DNA from: Syncephalis fuscata S228
Taxonomy: Eukaryota > Fungi > Zoopagomycota
Length of the DNA: 64,000 bases
NCBI GenBank assembly: GCA_025786725.1
Contig: JAHLTZ010000021.1
Span: forward strand, 372,001 to 436,000
Direction of reading: 5' to 3'
Of the stretch, positions 1-12,371 are shown piece by piece. Both the position numbers and the translations under genes were made by a program. Numbering within the stretch: the stretch's first letter is position 1; each line of letters opens with the position of its first letter. A model generated the notes under the pieces. It searched no databases. It was not told where the DNA came from and saw only the letters and a list, made by a program, of their open reading frames with translations.

Positions 1-707
1 CAGAGAATAATGTGTCGACCGTATTCCGTGTTATAGGACCCTATGCAGCACGGCTGGGCTACGCGTGTAATATTCAAATCCCACGTTCGTATTATGCCAG
101 CGGTGATACGGCCCAGATAGATGTATTTGTTGGCCCGGGCCTTACAGATTTATTAACTCCCGAATCAAATAGTAACAATGGAAAAACACAAGCAATCAGT
201 GGGCTGGCAACGAGCTCTGCGGCAGAACCAAGCGTTAAATTGAAGCGTATATCTGTGCAGTTAACACGGCAAGAGCGTAGTAGCGGTTTTATTGGCAATA
301 AGAAAAAAACTACAATTACTAAGGTGGACTTTAATGCTCCACCTTACAATCCCATTACAAAAGCATACAATGGTACAATATTTTTTCCAATTCCTCGCAT
401 CGATGCACCATCTCTTCAGGCGCACAAATTTACTGTTGAGTATGTTTTAAAAGTAAAGCTGGTAATGCGTGGCAAGTCGGACACAAAGGCCAAATTTCCG
501 ATAACAGCACTATCTGTTACTCGAGACGAGCAATTTATGCCACCAGACACGCAGTATGGCTTACCGTTACATATTCGCAATACAGGCAATCAGTCATCGG
601 ATGGCAGTAGTAATAGCCAACTTGCATTGCCACCAGCACAACAACCACACAGTCAAGGATGGGATCAGTCATATGTTGAGCCGCCGCCACCTTATTCGTG
701 TGGTTAA
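1..707 (+). CDS. Arrestin-C-like (alpha-arrestin) protein, 5'-partial
   Basis: Frame is open from the window edge. Arrestin_C-like segments (IQIPRSYYASGDTAQIDVFV, VKLKRISVQLTRQE, IPRIDAPSLQAHKFTVEYVLKVKL, KFPITAL) and a C-terminal PPxY motif (PPPPYS). Confidence 0.65.
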   Translation, partial: ENNVSTVFRVIGPYAARLGYACNIQIPRSYYASGDTAQIDVFVGPGLTDLLTPESNSNNGKTQAISGLATSSAAEPSVKLKRISVQLTRQERSSGFIGNKKKTTITKVDFNAPPYNPITKAYNGTIFFPIPRIDAPSLQAHKFTVEYVLKVKLVMRGKSDTKAKFPITALSVTRDEQFMPPDTQYGLPLHIRNTGNQSSDGSSNSQLALPPAQQPHSQGWDQSYVEPPPPYSCG

Positions 708-1264
708 TATTAATATTAATAATTTAAATTATGCTAATACATCAATGAATTTAATCAGTGCAATGTTATTGAGTTTACTATATCGCGGCTATGATTTAAG
801 CAACTAATAGGCAAATTTGCAAATGCATTACAGTTATGCTAAAAAGCTGTAAAACTCACATATTTTGTATAAGCATTGTATCTTTGTTTATTTACTTATT
901 TGCTACAATTGTTTAGATAACCAAGTATGCAATCTATGCTGATTTAAAATACACTGCATTATTCTAAAGTAATTGTTTGACTAATAGTATAGTTTACAGT
1001 GTATGTTTATTATGTAAATACATCATTGTTGCCTTTAGTTTACTCTGCCATTTCATTATTACAGATTCTAATGGAAAGTATCAAACGATGTGTTTAACAT
1101 ATTTGCTATATTCAAATACAATCTACAAATGATTATTTATACTAGTTTCAATACAATGCTGAATATAATGTAGCAACACACGTTGTTACACGACAGCACC
1201 CATATATACGCGGCATAGGTCACATTGATTGCTGTTTGTTCTTTGTTCTATTTAGTCATTTAGT

Positions 1265-2833
1265 ATGCAGCATATCCCTGTACCTGTTGTTGAGCGACTT
1301 GCGGTGTTTGCCGACGACAAGTCGCTGGTGCTGTTTGCGTCGTGTTCTCAGTGGCTGTGGCAGTGTGTTGGTATACAGCAGCGTGTATGGCGACAGCGAT
1401 ATATACAGCACTACACGTTTAAAGACGACGACGAAGTACAGTGGCTGTCGTGGTACGTACGCACACTGCGAGTGTCTGGCGCACTGGCAACAACAAGCAA
1501 CACGGCGATTGATGTCACCCAGCTGAATGACCATGATATCAACTGGTTCCGTGCGTTCTGCCATCGACGTGCCACCAGTGCCAACTGGCTACGAGACAGG
1601 CCATATCCAATATATGACATAGTCGAGGATACATCGGACAGTGATCAGGTTATAGTATTGCAGCGTATAAGCAATAATAGTCGTATATTGGGAGAATGTG
1701 GTATTATTGAGCAATGCCAACCAATAGGAAAACCAAAACACCAGCAATTCTGGCGCTTACGCAAAGTATGCTGTGATGGATTTGATCCAACAATTAATGT
1801 GGAGCAATTTTTAGTATCAGACAAATTTGTCGTAGCTGTTTTTGAACAAGTGGATAGCAATTTTAGTACTTTCAAGACACCATACAATGTTCTTATCTGG
1901 CCAATACATCGAGTATCAACAATACAGCCATATTCTGCTCCTTATTTATGTAACAATGAAATGTCTATTCGCGGCCGCTGGTTGTTATTTAATCATACTA
2001 AAAAAAGTTCAGTTCCCAAATTACCACCATTGTCGACAACTCGTGTATTTGATATGGCTACTCGGCAAATATGTATGGGAAGTATACAGAATAGCAACGG
2101 AACATCATTTATACAACGAGCCACTGAAGACACTGTTACTGTATTTTATGCGTATACAGATGCAATTGATACTTTTCAAACTGTCTATTGGGGCGTATGG
2201 CAATTTTCTGTTTGCCAGCTAGAAGACAATCCTCAATGTTTGACACAAGGCAAATTTATTATTACATACTTGTTTGATCTTCGTTGCCCTGTAGAAAGAC
2301 TGGATGACGATCGTGTACTTGTTGTAAAACCTGCCATGGGTGGTTTTAATGAATCGGCGAACGAAGTAAACAGCGAAGTGTTAAGTCTTGCAGTAATTTC
2401 GACTAATTGCGACAATTCAAATCAATCCATGGATAATCAAAAACCTATTTGGTTGCATTATATTAAGATCAGTAAATGGAAAGCGCTTACATCTCTTAAC
2501 AAAATTGCTATTATATCCTTTGAAAAATGGTGCATTTACAATTTGGTAGACGGTACTATTTTATACCAAATCAATGCAGAAATATTAAGTCCAATATTGC
2601 CGCGCTATTCTTCATATAGTTTAGAAAATAAGAGTAAAATTCAAAACCTTATTGTTTATACTTATATGGGAGAGCATCCTAAAATAATTGATTTGATTCA
2701 GCCGACTAATAGCAAACGACTTGGTATTGTAGATGCTGAATTGTTGGCTATCGCATCGGTGGAATCAAACACAACAAATGCACTTGTTATGCATTCCAAA
2801 GATGGCTATAAAATAGTTGATGTTTCGTGTTAA
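1265..2833 (+). CDS. Intronless F-box-like domain protein, lineage-expanded family, copy 1 (522 aa)
   Basis: N-terminus MQHIPVPVVERLAVFADDKSLVLFASCSQWLW...VWRQRY resembles an F-box (LP..I...L..+D..L...S.VC..W....LWR), followed by a beta-rich region. No signal peptide. Confidence 0.7.
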   Translation: MQHIPVPVVERLAVFADDKSLVLFASCSQWLWQCVGIQQRVWRQRYIQHYTFKDDDEVQWLSWYVRTLRVSGALATTSNTAIDVTQLNDHDINWFRAFCHRRATSANWLRDRPYPIYDIVEDTSDSDQVIVLQRISNNSRILGECGIIEQCQPIGKPKHQQFWRLRKVCCDGFDPTINVEQFLVSDKFVVAVFEQVDSNFSTFKTPYNVLIWPIHRVSTIQPYSAPYLCNNEMSIRGRWLLFNHTKKSSVPKLPPLSTTRVFDMATRQICMGSIQNSNGTSFIQRATEDTVTVFYAYTDAIDTFQTVYWGVWQFSVCQLEDNPQCLTQGKFIITYLFDLRCPVERLDDDRVLVVKPAMGGFNESANEVNSEVLSLAVISTNCDNSNQSMDNQKPIWLHYIKISKWKALTSLNKIAIISFEKWCIYNLVDGTILYQINAEILSPILPRYSSYSLENKSKIQNLIVYTYMGEHPKIIDLIQPTNSKRLGIVDAELLAIASVESNTTNALVMHSKDGYKIVDVSC

Positions 2834-3246
2834 TAAATACAAATATTGTTTAGTATATTATTTTATTGCTGCTTTTAATTCATTTATTTATTGTTTAGAT
2901 AACCAAGTATGCAATCTATGCTGCTTTAAAATACACTGCATCATTCTAAAGTAATTGTTTGACTAATAGTATAGTTTACAGTGTATGTTTATTATGTAAA
3001 TACATAATTGTTGCCTTTAGTTTACTCTGCCATTTCATTATTACAGATTCTAATGGAAAGTATCAAACGATGTGTTTAACATATTTGCTATATTCAAATA
3101 CAATCTACAAATAATTATTTATACTAGTTTCAATACAATGCTGAATATAATGTAGCAACACACGTTGTTACACGACAGCACCCATATATACGCGGCATAG
3201 GTCACATTGATTGCTGTTTGTTCTTTGTTCTATTTAGTCATTTAGT

Positions 3247-4812
3247 ATGCAGCATATCCCTGTACCTGTTGTTGAGCGACTTGCGGTGTTTGCCGACGAC
3301 AAGTCGCTGGTGCTGTTTGCGTCGTGTTCTCAGTGGCTGTGGCAGTGTGTTGGTATACAGCAGCGTGTATGGCGACAGCGATATATACAGCACTACACGT
3401 TTAAAGACGACGACGAAGTGCAGTGGCTGTCGTGGTACGTACGCACACTGCGAGTGTCTGGCGCACTGGCAACAACAAGCAACACGGCGATTGATGTCAC
3501 CCAGCTGAATGACCATGATATCAACTGGTTCCGTGCGTTCTGCCATCGACGTGCCACCAGTGCCAACTGGCTACGAGACAGGCCATATCCAATATATGAC
3601 ATAGTCGAGGATACATCGGACAGTGATCAGGTTATAGTATTGCAGCGTATAAGCAATAATAGTCGTATATTGGGAGAATGTGGTATTATTGAGCAATGCC
3701 AACCAATAGGAAAACCAAAACACCAGCAATTCTGGCGACTACGCAAAGTATGCTGTGATGGATTTGATCCAACAGTCAATGTAAAGCAGTTTTTAGTATC
3801 AGACAAATTCGTTGTAGCTGTTTTTAAAAAAACGGATGAAGACATCGATCTTTATGAGACACCATACAATGTTCTTATCTGGCCAATACATCGAGTATCA
3901 ACAATACAGCCATATTCTGCTCCTTATTTATGCAATAGAAAAATGTCTATTCGCGGCCGCTGGTTGTTATTTAGCTATATTAAAAGAAGTTCAGTTCCCA
4001 AATTACCACCATTGTCGACAACTCGTGTATTTGATATGGCTACTCGGCAAATATGTATGGGAAGTATACAGAATAGCAACGGAACATCATTTATACAACG
4101 AGCCACTGAAGACACTGTTACTGTATTTTATGCGTATACAGATGCAATTGATACTTTTCAAACTGTCTATTGGGGCGTATGGCAATTTTCTGTTTGCCAG
4201 CTAGAAGACAATCCTCAATGTTTGACACAAGGCAAATTTATTATTACATACTTGTTTGATCTTCGTTGCCCTGTAGAAAGACTGGATAACGATCGTGTAC
4301 TTGTTGTAAAAACTGTTGCGTGTGGTTTCAATGAAGCAGCAACTGAATTAAACAGCGAAGTATTAAGCCTTGCAGTGATTTCGACTAATTGCGACAATTC
4401 AAATCAATACATGGATAATCAGAAGCCTATCTGGTCGCATTATATCGAGGTTATTAGTGCTATACCAATTATTACTTCCAATGCCATAGCAATAATAGCT
4501 TCAAAGGGATTGTCTATATACAGCTTATCTGATGGTACCATGTTGTCACAAATTAATATGGAAGTATTGGAGTCAATAATACCAAATTTTGAATGGCATA
4601 TATCAAAACTTTGTAAAATTCAAAACCTTATTGTTTATACTTATATGGGAGGGCATCCTCAAATAATTGATTTGATTCAGCCGACTAATAGCAAACGACT
4701 TGGTATTGTAGATGCTGAATTGTTGGCTATCGCATCAGTGAAATCAAACACGACAAATGCACTTGTTATGCATTCCGAAGATGGCTATAAAATAGTTGAC
4801 ATTTCGTATTAA
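3247..4812 (+). CDS. Intronless F-box-like domain protein, copy 2 (521 aa)
   Basis: Paralog of 1265-2833; first ~175 aa identical. Confidence 0.7.
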   Translation: MQHIPVPVVERLAVFADDKSLVLFASCSQWLWQCVGIQQRVWRQRYIQHYTFKDDDEVQWLSWYVRTLRVSGALATTSNTAIDVTQLNDHDINWFRAFCHRRATSANWLRDRPYPIYDIVEDTSDSDQVIVLQRISNNSRILGECGIIEQCQPIGKPKHQQFWRLRKVCCDGFDPTVNVKQFLVSDKFVVAVFKKTDEDIDLYETPYNVLIWPIHRVSTIQPYSAPYLCNRKMSIRGRWLLFSYIKRSSVPKLPPLSTTRVFDMATRQICMGSIQNSNGTSFIQRATEDTVTVFYAYTDAIDTFQTVYWGVWQFSVCQLEDNPQCLTQGKFIITYLFDLRCPVERLDNDRVLVVKTVACGFNEAATELNSEVLSLAVISTNCDNSNQYMDNQKPIWSHYIEVISAIPIITSNAIAIIASKGLSIYSLSDGTMLSQINMEVLESIIPNFEWHISKLCKIQNLIVYTYMGGHPQIIDLIQPTNSKRLGIVDAELLAIASVKSNTTNALVMHSEDGYKIVDISY

Positions 4813-5637
4813 TAAATACAAATATTATTCAGTATATAAATATATCTGAAATGTTTTTTACTGTACTTTACCATATGTTGGATTATAAATATTAGATCAC
4901 ACAGCAAGAGTAATAAAAAAATAATATATTTTATTATTTGGTTACTTGATTTGCATTACGCTACCATCATTTATGTTGTTTGTTTTATTAATTAAATAGC
5001 GATAGTTTTGTTTTTTAAAATATTAATATATTACAATTAGTTGCATTTAATACAATTACAGCTGTATTAATCAATTTAATAATAATATCAATGATTAGTT
5101 TACTATTTTATTTATATACTTTAATAAACATTACTTGTTCCAATCATCGCATTATACACGTTATAATTTTATTATTATTCATATAGTTTATTACATTCTA
5201 AATTACTATATGCTGCATTAACTATATTTGTTAATAAATACAGTATTTTTATTCATGGCTATATTTTTATAGATTTCAACTCGGCTCACTATGTATATAA
5301 ACACAAATATACACTTTATCAATGACACCTATGCACTTTCTTTGACCATTCATTTATATTTATATTATTCTGTTAGTATAAAATTATATATCCAGTATAA
5401 TAGAAAGCAAAAGAATATATAATTAAACATACACTTATATTGCGACATATTTAACGATAATCATATCACATCTTAATAGCGATTAACTTTACTGCGTCAT
5501 TCTTTCCCCGCCATTATTTCATTCGGTCATCCTTCACTTGTTTATTCTTGCTATTCCGTATATTCAATATTTACTATCTTTTCCATCATCTATTCACTGA
5601 CACGCCACGATACTTTATCTAGCACGCCCAATTAACC

Positions 5638-8600
5638 ATGGCTGCACCAACCGGGCCAGTTCTTACGGTGGGCATGCGCGTACTTGTCCAACAAAATGCC
5701 GGTACCGTCAAGTTTGTCGGTCCGACATCCTTCGCGACTGGTAGATGGGTAGGCGTTGAATTGGACGAAGCATTAGGAAAGAATGATGGCACAGTACAAA
5801 ACCGACGCTATTTTGAGTGTCAGCCAAACTATGGCGTCTTTGTACGTACCTCGCAAGTACGAGTACTCGATTCAACGCCAGCATCACCAACACTGTCGGC
5901 AACGGGTAGTGCAAGTGGAGGGCCACGTGTCAGTCCACCCAGTTCTATTAGGTCACCGGCACTAGGCACACCAGGTCGTGGTATTCGACTACCAGGTCGC
6001 TCAACATCCGGTGGTAGTAGTGGTATAGCACCACCTAGTGCACCGAGTGCCGCTGCTGGTGGTGCAGCATCATCGTCACGTATTGGAGCAGCAGCTGGAG
6101 GTCGGCCTGGCCATGCGCGTGCCCCTTCTGGATCGCATTCAAGAATGGTGGCACCGACTAATAGACGCCAATCAGGTATTGCACCACCAGCTACAGGTAT
6201 GCGTGCTCCTGGCGGTGTACTTCGTCGACAGAGTATTGGACATGATAATACGCCAAGTCCAGCAGTACAGCCACCACCAGATATCGATGATACACCTATA
6301 GTTGAAGATGAACCAGCTGAAATTAGTACAATAGCAGAAGTACCACAAGCTGTAGCACCAGCACCAGAACCCGCAGCACCCGCAGCTACATCATCGAATG
6401 CAGAAGAGGTAAACATGATAAGGATAATTGTTACTATTTAAGCATTATTTACTAATAATTGATATCCTAGTTTGCAATACTAGCTAAACAAAATGAAGAA
6501 TTGCGATTGAAATTAAAGATTTTGGAAAATAAACGTACTGAAGATCGTGAAAAGATTAAGGAAGCAGAACGAGCCAAGAACGATGCCGATCAGTTTATTG
6601 CTATTCGTACCAAATTGGCTGGTAAATACAGTTATTATTTAAGATTATTTTTTTACTTATTAGATGAGATTAGGCAAATTAAGTGAATTGCAACAAGAAT
6701 TACGCGATACTCATAAAGAGTTAAGAGAACTAGAAGAGGCAAAGGACGACTTTGAAGCAAAGTACAACGATGCAGAAGAACGACTTGAAATGGCATCGTT
6801 GGATAAGGAAATGGCCGAGGAGAGAGCAGAGAATCTACAACAAGAGGTCAATCTATTGAAAGAAAAGATTGATGAAATTAAAGTTGATTTGGAAGCATTT
6901 GAAGAAGCAGCAGGCAAGTTTTACGTAATTATTACAACTATAGTCTTATATTATTGAATAGCACCACAAGATGGTGAAGGTGGCTCATCAGTTACAGTCA
7001 TTCAACTTGAACGACAGAACGAACGTCTTACAGAGGCATTGTTTCGGTAAGCGATAGATTAACGCGAATATAAACTTGTTTAAACTAATATATAACAGAT
7101 TACGTGAAGTTACTACTGAACAAGAAGCAGAACTTAAACGTAAAATTGCCAGCCAAGAACGAGATATTGCCGTACTTGAAGATGCAAAGAGTAAGTACAT
7201 TGAATTATTATAGATTAGTTACTAATACTTTATTATTACAGAGCATAGTGAGAAGATGCGTGAAACTCTATTAAAGGCTGAAGGTCAGGTTGAGGATTTG
7301 AAACAGCAATTGGACGATGCACTTGGCGCAGAAGAATTGGTTGAACAGCTGACGGAGAAGAATCTAAATCTCAGCGAGGTAATTAATATATTACAAATAA
7401 ATATATTGCTAATAGCTATTTATATGTAATATATAGCGTATTGAGGAATTAGAGATTGCCGTTGAAGATTTGGAAGCACTTAAAGAGCTGAACGATGAAT
7501 TGGAAGAGAATCATGTAGAGACAGAGAAACAGTTACAAGAAGAAATCGATCATAAGAATGCCGTCATTCGTGAACAATTAAAGCGATCTGATGCAGCAGA
7601 AGAGACGATGGCTGATTATGAACATACTATTCAACAATTCCGTGAACTAGTTACTAGTCTACAAGATGATATTGAACAATTGAAGCAGAATGAAGCAGGC
7701 CAAGCTAACGATGAAGCCAATGACAACTTGATCAGTCAATCACATGCTATGATCAGTCTTAATATGCAGTTACAATCTACGGTAATGAAGGCACAAGCAA
7801 AACAAATTGATTTGGAATTACGTAAATTGGAAGCTACTCAGGCAGCCCAACATTTGGCCCACATTGAGGTATAGTAATCATGTATTTATTCGTATTAATA
7901 TTAATATTTATTATATAGCCATTCTTGCCTGAATCATTCTTCCGACGTGAAAGCAACTCGATTCGATGTATTCTACTACTTGAACGTCTTGTTTTCAAGG
8001 CTGAACTTGTTGTGCGTTACATTGAACAAACACACAGTGTTGAAACGGCTCTTAAGGAAGAAGTGACAGGCGACTTGAAGGCAGTATGCGAGGTAAGCAG
8101 TATATATTATATATGGATAGCTATTTACTTACTGACTATATCTATCGATTATAGATGCGACAAAAATTGATCTGGCTTGCCGATGTTGCTCGTATGTTCA
8201 GCACTTACATGAGCAGTTGTCCAGTGGACGTATTTTTGAAATTGAGCATTGTTCAAGATGAACTTGTGGTCATTGAACGGAAGTAAGTCGATACAACCAT
8301 CGATAGATGTACAGGTGGCTTATCTTAATATATTGTAGGATGGATAATCTAGTAGAATTGATCAAGACGGAAGAAATCCGATATGGTGATTGTATAAAGG
8401 ATGTTAATCGGTAAGTTTTTTCTGAATAGTAATTATTAATACATTGATTAATAAATATAAAGTGTGGCAACTCAATTGGATCACTTGACCGATATTCATG
8501 TCATACTTACCAAGGAATGTATGAGAGATCAGATTAATGGATTCTCACGTGCAGCCGACTTGAATGCCGATCGTTTCCTAGTAAATATGGCAATTATCCG

Positions 8601-10431
8601 TCAATTATTATTGCCACCCACCTCCAATGAAGGTGTGTATCATTGATTATATACTAACTATCCACTTATTATTTGCTATTTAGATGCACCACGTCTTGAT
8701 ATGGAAGATCGTGCCAAATTGATGGTTGAAATCATTGGGCCAATGGATGAATTTTCCAAATTAGTCAAGACAATCAAGATTGTTACGCGTAAACTATCAC
8801 GTCGTATGACTGAATTATACGAAAAGCATTTAATGCCAAAAGACTTTATTTATGGTCAATTCAAAACAGCACATACAACTATTGCAAAAATGTCCAATTA
8901 TTGCGATGAGGTAATTATACTGAACAGAGTATAATGGATCATTATTTAACTATTGACCGTATTATAGCTTCTCACTCGTATTGCTGGCCATTACCAAGAT
9001 TGCAAGGAATTGAAACGATTCCTTAGTCTACCTGTATTGCAACAAATTCTATATGCTACAGCTGATGAGATTCTCCGTCAAACGGATATATCACCACTGG
9101 ACAATGCAATGAAACTGGTGCAAGGCTACATTCAAGAACTCAATCGATTCAGCGAGCTTATCGATGAAGATAAGAACTTGGAAACTGGTAAGTAGAGAGT
9201 GGTTTAATTACTAGTTTATACTAACCAATAATACTAGTTACACCGGTAGTTACGCCATGGGCTTGCCGTGCACAGGAATTCAAGTCAGAGATTATGTTAA
9301 CGGTTGATGTGGATCGTCGAGTACAAAGTCTAAATGATCAGATCCTAGGATTGACTAAGGAATTCAAGTTTAAGGTAAATAGTGGACAAGTAAATGGTCT
9401 ACACTATAACTAACTGTGTGGTATTAGGAACGTGTACTTAAAGAATCACACGTCAAGATTGAATTACTTGAAAGTCGTATGGAGAAGATGAAGAAACAGG
9501 TAAATATTGCTATTATTCAATAGAATGAATACTAAATCTATATGATATAGGGAGAGACAATTATCGAACTTGAAAAGGAACTTGAACAGTCCAAGATACA
9601 AGAGAAGAATTACGAAGAAGCCTTGGAGAATTTACAAGCTGATTTGGAAGCACTTGAAAAGGAAAATACCCGACTTAAACGCAGTCCTGTTAAGCCAGAA
9701 AGTGCACTTAGTAAGTAATGGATACCATTAATTGTCTATTGGCTATTATAATATATATCGATTATTATTAACAATCATATCATCATTAGCATCACCGACC
9801 ACCGATACCGATCCACGTAATGTGTTGTCACCCACAACGGCCAGTCCAGAAACAATTGAGATTGCCAGTAGTTCAACTATTTATCAAGTAAGTCACTTTA
9901 TTTATACATATCAGTCGCTTATCCTATTACCACTATTATAGGTTGATTCGCTACGCTCCATTGTCCGTTACCTACGTACAGAGAATAGTGAACTTAAACG
10001 ACGGGCCATGTTCCGTGATGCCGATAATCTATTGCCTGTAACAACCACAGCCAAGACAGCCACTGTTCAACTACCCAAAGATGCTGATCAGATTCTTAAA
10101 TCAATTGCCCTTGAAGCCAAAGTACTTATTAAAGTAAGTAAATGTATTAATGATCAAACCAACCAACTAATTGATATCATAATAGGATATGCGTGCAGTG
10201 AGTGCCACACCTAAACTCATTGACTTGACTACATTGTCAACATCACCATCGGGTATAGCCAATCTTCATACAAAGAAGTGGCAATCACGTAAACAATCAC
10301 CACAAGTGCTGTTCCAACAACAGCAATCACTTATCTATACGCTACAACAACGTGGTGATGCACTTAAAGAGAAGCTACGTACAGTTGTAACGGCACCTAC
10401 TCGTCAACCAGCTCGAATGGTTATGCTCTAA
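5638..10431 (+). CDS. DCTN1: Dynactin subunit 1 (p150Glued/Nip100/Ro-3), multi-exon
   Basis: CAP-Gly domain ([33 protein letters not shown]...GVFVR), basic low-complexity linker, coiled-coil motifs [53 protein letters not shown] introns plus one GC-AG intron (6914-6961). Confidence 0.95.
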
Positions 10432-10562
10432 TTATAAGATGGATATTTTTATAATAAACCTGTGGATTGTTTTTATGTTGAATATAAATATATATAAATT
10501 ACAATAATATTGAATATAATTAACTAAATGACTACTAATTGGATAATTATTTACTTAATGAC

Positions 10563-10755
10563 TGTGGCGACATATTCAGAACACGTGGTACACGGGTACC
10601 ACGTAATCGATGTGTCAAGCCAGCTATAAAAGCTGGAATATTTACATTTATTAATAAAGTAGTTAAATCCTAAGAAAAACCTTTTATTACAAGATCCTAG
10701 TGTTTTATCTACCTTGCCGTATTACTCAGTCCCCCTTCATAATAGTAATACGACA
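10563..10755 (+). repeat. 5' LTR (193 bp)
   Basis: TGTGGCGACA...AATACGACA; contains TATAAAA (10625) and AATAAA (10653); identical by eye to the 3' LTR. Confidence 0.97.
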
Positions 10756-10757
10756 AT

Positions 10758-10775
10758 TGGTGGAGGACCTGGGCA
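10758..10775 (+). promoter_or_regulatory. Primer-binding site, probably tRNA-Ala
   Basis: TGGTGGAGGACCTGGGCA lies 2 nt after the 5' LTR. Its complement ...CUCCACCA matches the tRNA-Ala-type 3' end. Confidence 0.7.
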
Positions 10776-10922
10776 GTTTGCCCATAAACTGCCCGTTCGC
10801 GTAGTCCCAATACTACAGATATAACACTATTTGATAGTCTCTACCATCGTAACATTCATATTCATTCTCGTACCTCACTTCCATCAAATCATCTCATTGT
10901 TCATTGTTCATTGTTAATAACC

Positions 10923-12371
10923 ATGTCTAGTATAACCCGTTCTGGTCGTAGTACGCGTAACTCAGCAGCCGCAATGGCTACTGACGAGCCGGTACCCGAC
11001 AATATGTCCGAAGTAAGCGGTACTGATGAAGTAGCATCAACTGAAACAGAAGAAACCGTTGATGAAGTCGTCCAAGTTGACCAACCAATAGCTACGGTTC
11101 AACAACAAGAAAATATTACTAGTACTCGTCCGGTGACATTCGCTACTCCAATCGATACACCTACTGATACTAATAACTTAACGGTAGCTGTACCCGTCGC
11201 TAGTCAAGCATTAGTAGATAACTTATTACGCACCATTCTAAATCCTACCAACGGACTCACTGTTCACCAAACAGCTCAATTGACAATGTCGCTGGTACAC
11301 GCTTTTCGACAACTCAACCCAGGAGACCCAAATCCTCCAATTCCTACCTACACACCAGCTCCACAGTTCACTGTAGAAACGCCTGGCACTGCCCCAATTG
11401 CAGAACTTGGTCCACCTGACAACAACACCACACCCACACGCATCAACAGACGAGTGTCCATTTCGTCCATAGATTCGGACGACTCTGACACCACATCCAT
11501 CACCTCATCTTTCCCTTCCATTGCAGATAGTCAGCCTGAACCTGTTGCTGTTGTACCACCTGTGGTCACACAGCCACCCGACTTGAGTGTCCCTCAAGTG
11601 ATGACTAAACTACCAAAAATGGATATTGACAAACTAGATTTTAAAGCGGATCCTTTTGAATGGCTGCGTAGCTTCCACTTGATTGCTGGTTTGTCAGGAT
11701 GGGATGAACCCACGAAATGCAGTCGATTGATGTACGGTCTGCGTGACCGCGAGAATGCATGGTGCCTACTCAATATGCCGCGTGTCCAATCGTACCAGCC
11801 TGGCCTATTCGCGACGTTAGTAAAGGAGTTAGAGATTAAATGGTGTGCTGGTGATCCAAAAGAAGCGTTGAAAAACAAATTTTACTTACTTCGCTTAAAC
11901 GACAAAGAAACATTATTCGAATACGCCGATAGAGTTGAAAGAGCTGGTACCAATGCCAAAAGGACGCCTAGACAAATTTGGAAACAGATCAAAATCGGTT
12001 CTAACGACTACGTCCGCAGCAATGTCCGCTCGTTACGAATCCGTTCTATCGATGACTTTCGATCTGTTGGTCATAGTATTGAATTAGGAAGATACACCCA
12101 TAAGTTACTGCATGCGGCTAAGGCCAGCATAAACGTTGTTACTAATGACCAATCTCTGTCCGTGTCCAAGACGGCACCCAATGCAATGCAAGTAGGTACC
12201 CGTTCCGGCAATAACCGTCGCCCCAAACAACAGCCAGCTACACGTCGCTTCCCTTGTACCCTCTGTGATGATACGAATCACTACACGCATCAATGTCCAA
12301 ATTTAGCCACTGCCCGTGCATCGATAACCAGTAAACTACCTGCTGGTGATGCCAAACAGGCGGAAAACTAA
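10923..12371 (+). CDS. gag: Retrotransposon Gag
   Basis: Disordered acidic/Pro/Thr-rich N-terminus, capsid-like region (DPFEWLRSFHLIAGLSGWDE...), CCHC zinc knuckle CTLCDDTNHYTHQC. Confidence 0.9.
   Translation: MSSITRSGRSTRNSAAAMATDEPVPDNMSEVSGTDEVASTETEETVDEVVQVDQPIATVQQQENITSTRPVTFATPIDTPTDTNNLTVAVPVASQALVDNLLRTILNPTNGLTVHQTAQLTMSLVHAFRQLNPGDPNPPIPTYTPAPQFTVETPGTAPIAELGPPDNNTTPTRINRRVSISSIDSDDSDTTSITSSFPSIADSQPEPVAVVPPVVTQPPDLSVPQVMTKLPKMDIDKLDFKADPFEWLRSFHLIAGLSGWDEPTKCSRLMYGLRDRENAWCLLNMPRVQSYQPGLFATLVKELEIKWCAGDPKEALKNKFYLLRLNDKETLFEYADRVERAGTNAKRTPRQIWKQIKIGSNDYVRSNVRSLRIRSIDDFRSVGHSIELGRYTHKLLHAAKASINVVTNDQSLSVSKTAPNAMQVGTRSGNNRRPKQQPATRRFPCTLCDDTNHYTHQCPNLATARASITSKLPAGDAKQAEN

Larger units (their letters stand above)
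908..4837 (+). repeat. Tandem duplication, two ~1.95-kb units (908-2858 and 2890-4837, offset 1982 bp)
   Basis: ATTGTTTAGATAACCAAGTATGCAATC begins at both 908 and 2890. Upstream regions and most of the CDSs are near-identical; similarity ends ~25 nt after each stop codon. Confidence 0.95.

Noticed and set aside
2513-2521. ATATCCTTT (AT-AC donor-like) in F-box copy 1
   Set aside because: Inside an uninterrupted ORF collinear with copy 2, with no matching branch or AC acceptor.
1265-4812. Diversity-generating retroelement (template/variable repeat near an RT)
   Set aside because: Differences are not adenine-specific, and the nearby RT is a standard Gypsy pol.
5829-6416. 195-aa antisense ORF, and similar shadows at 62608-63693, 1236-1564 and 3218-3546
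   Set aside because: They overlap well-supported genes in low-complexity or codon-biased regions.
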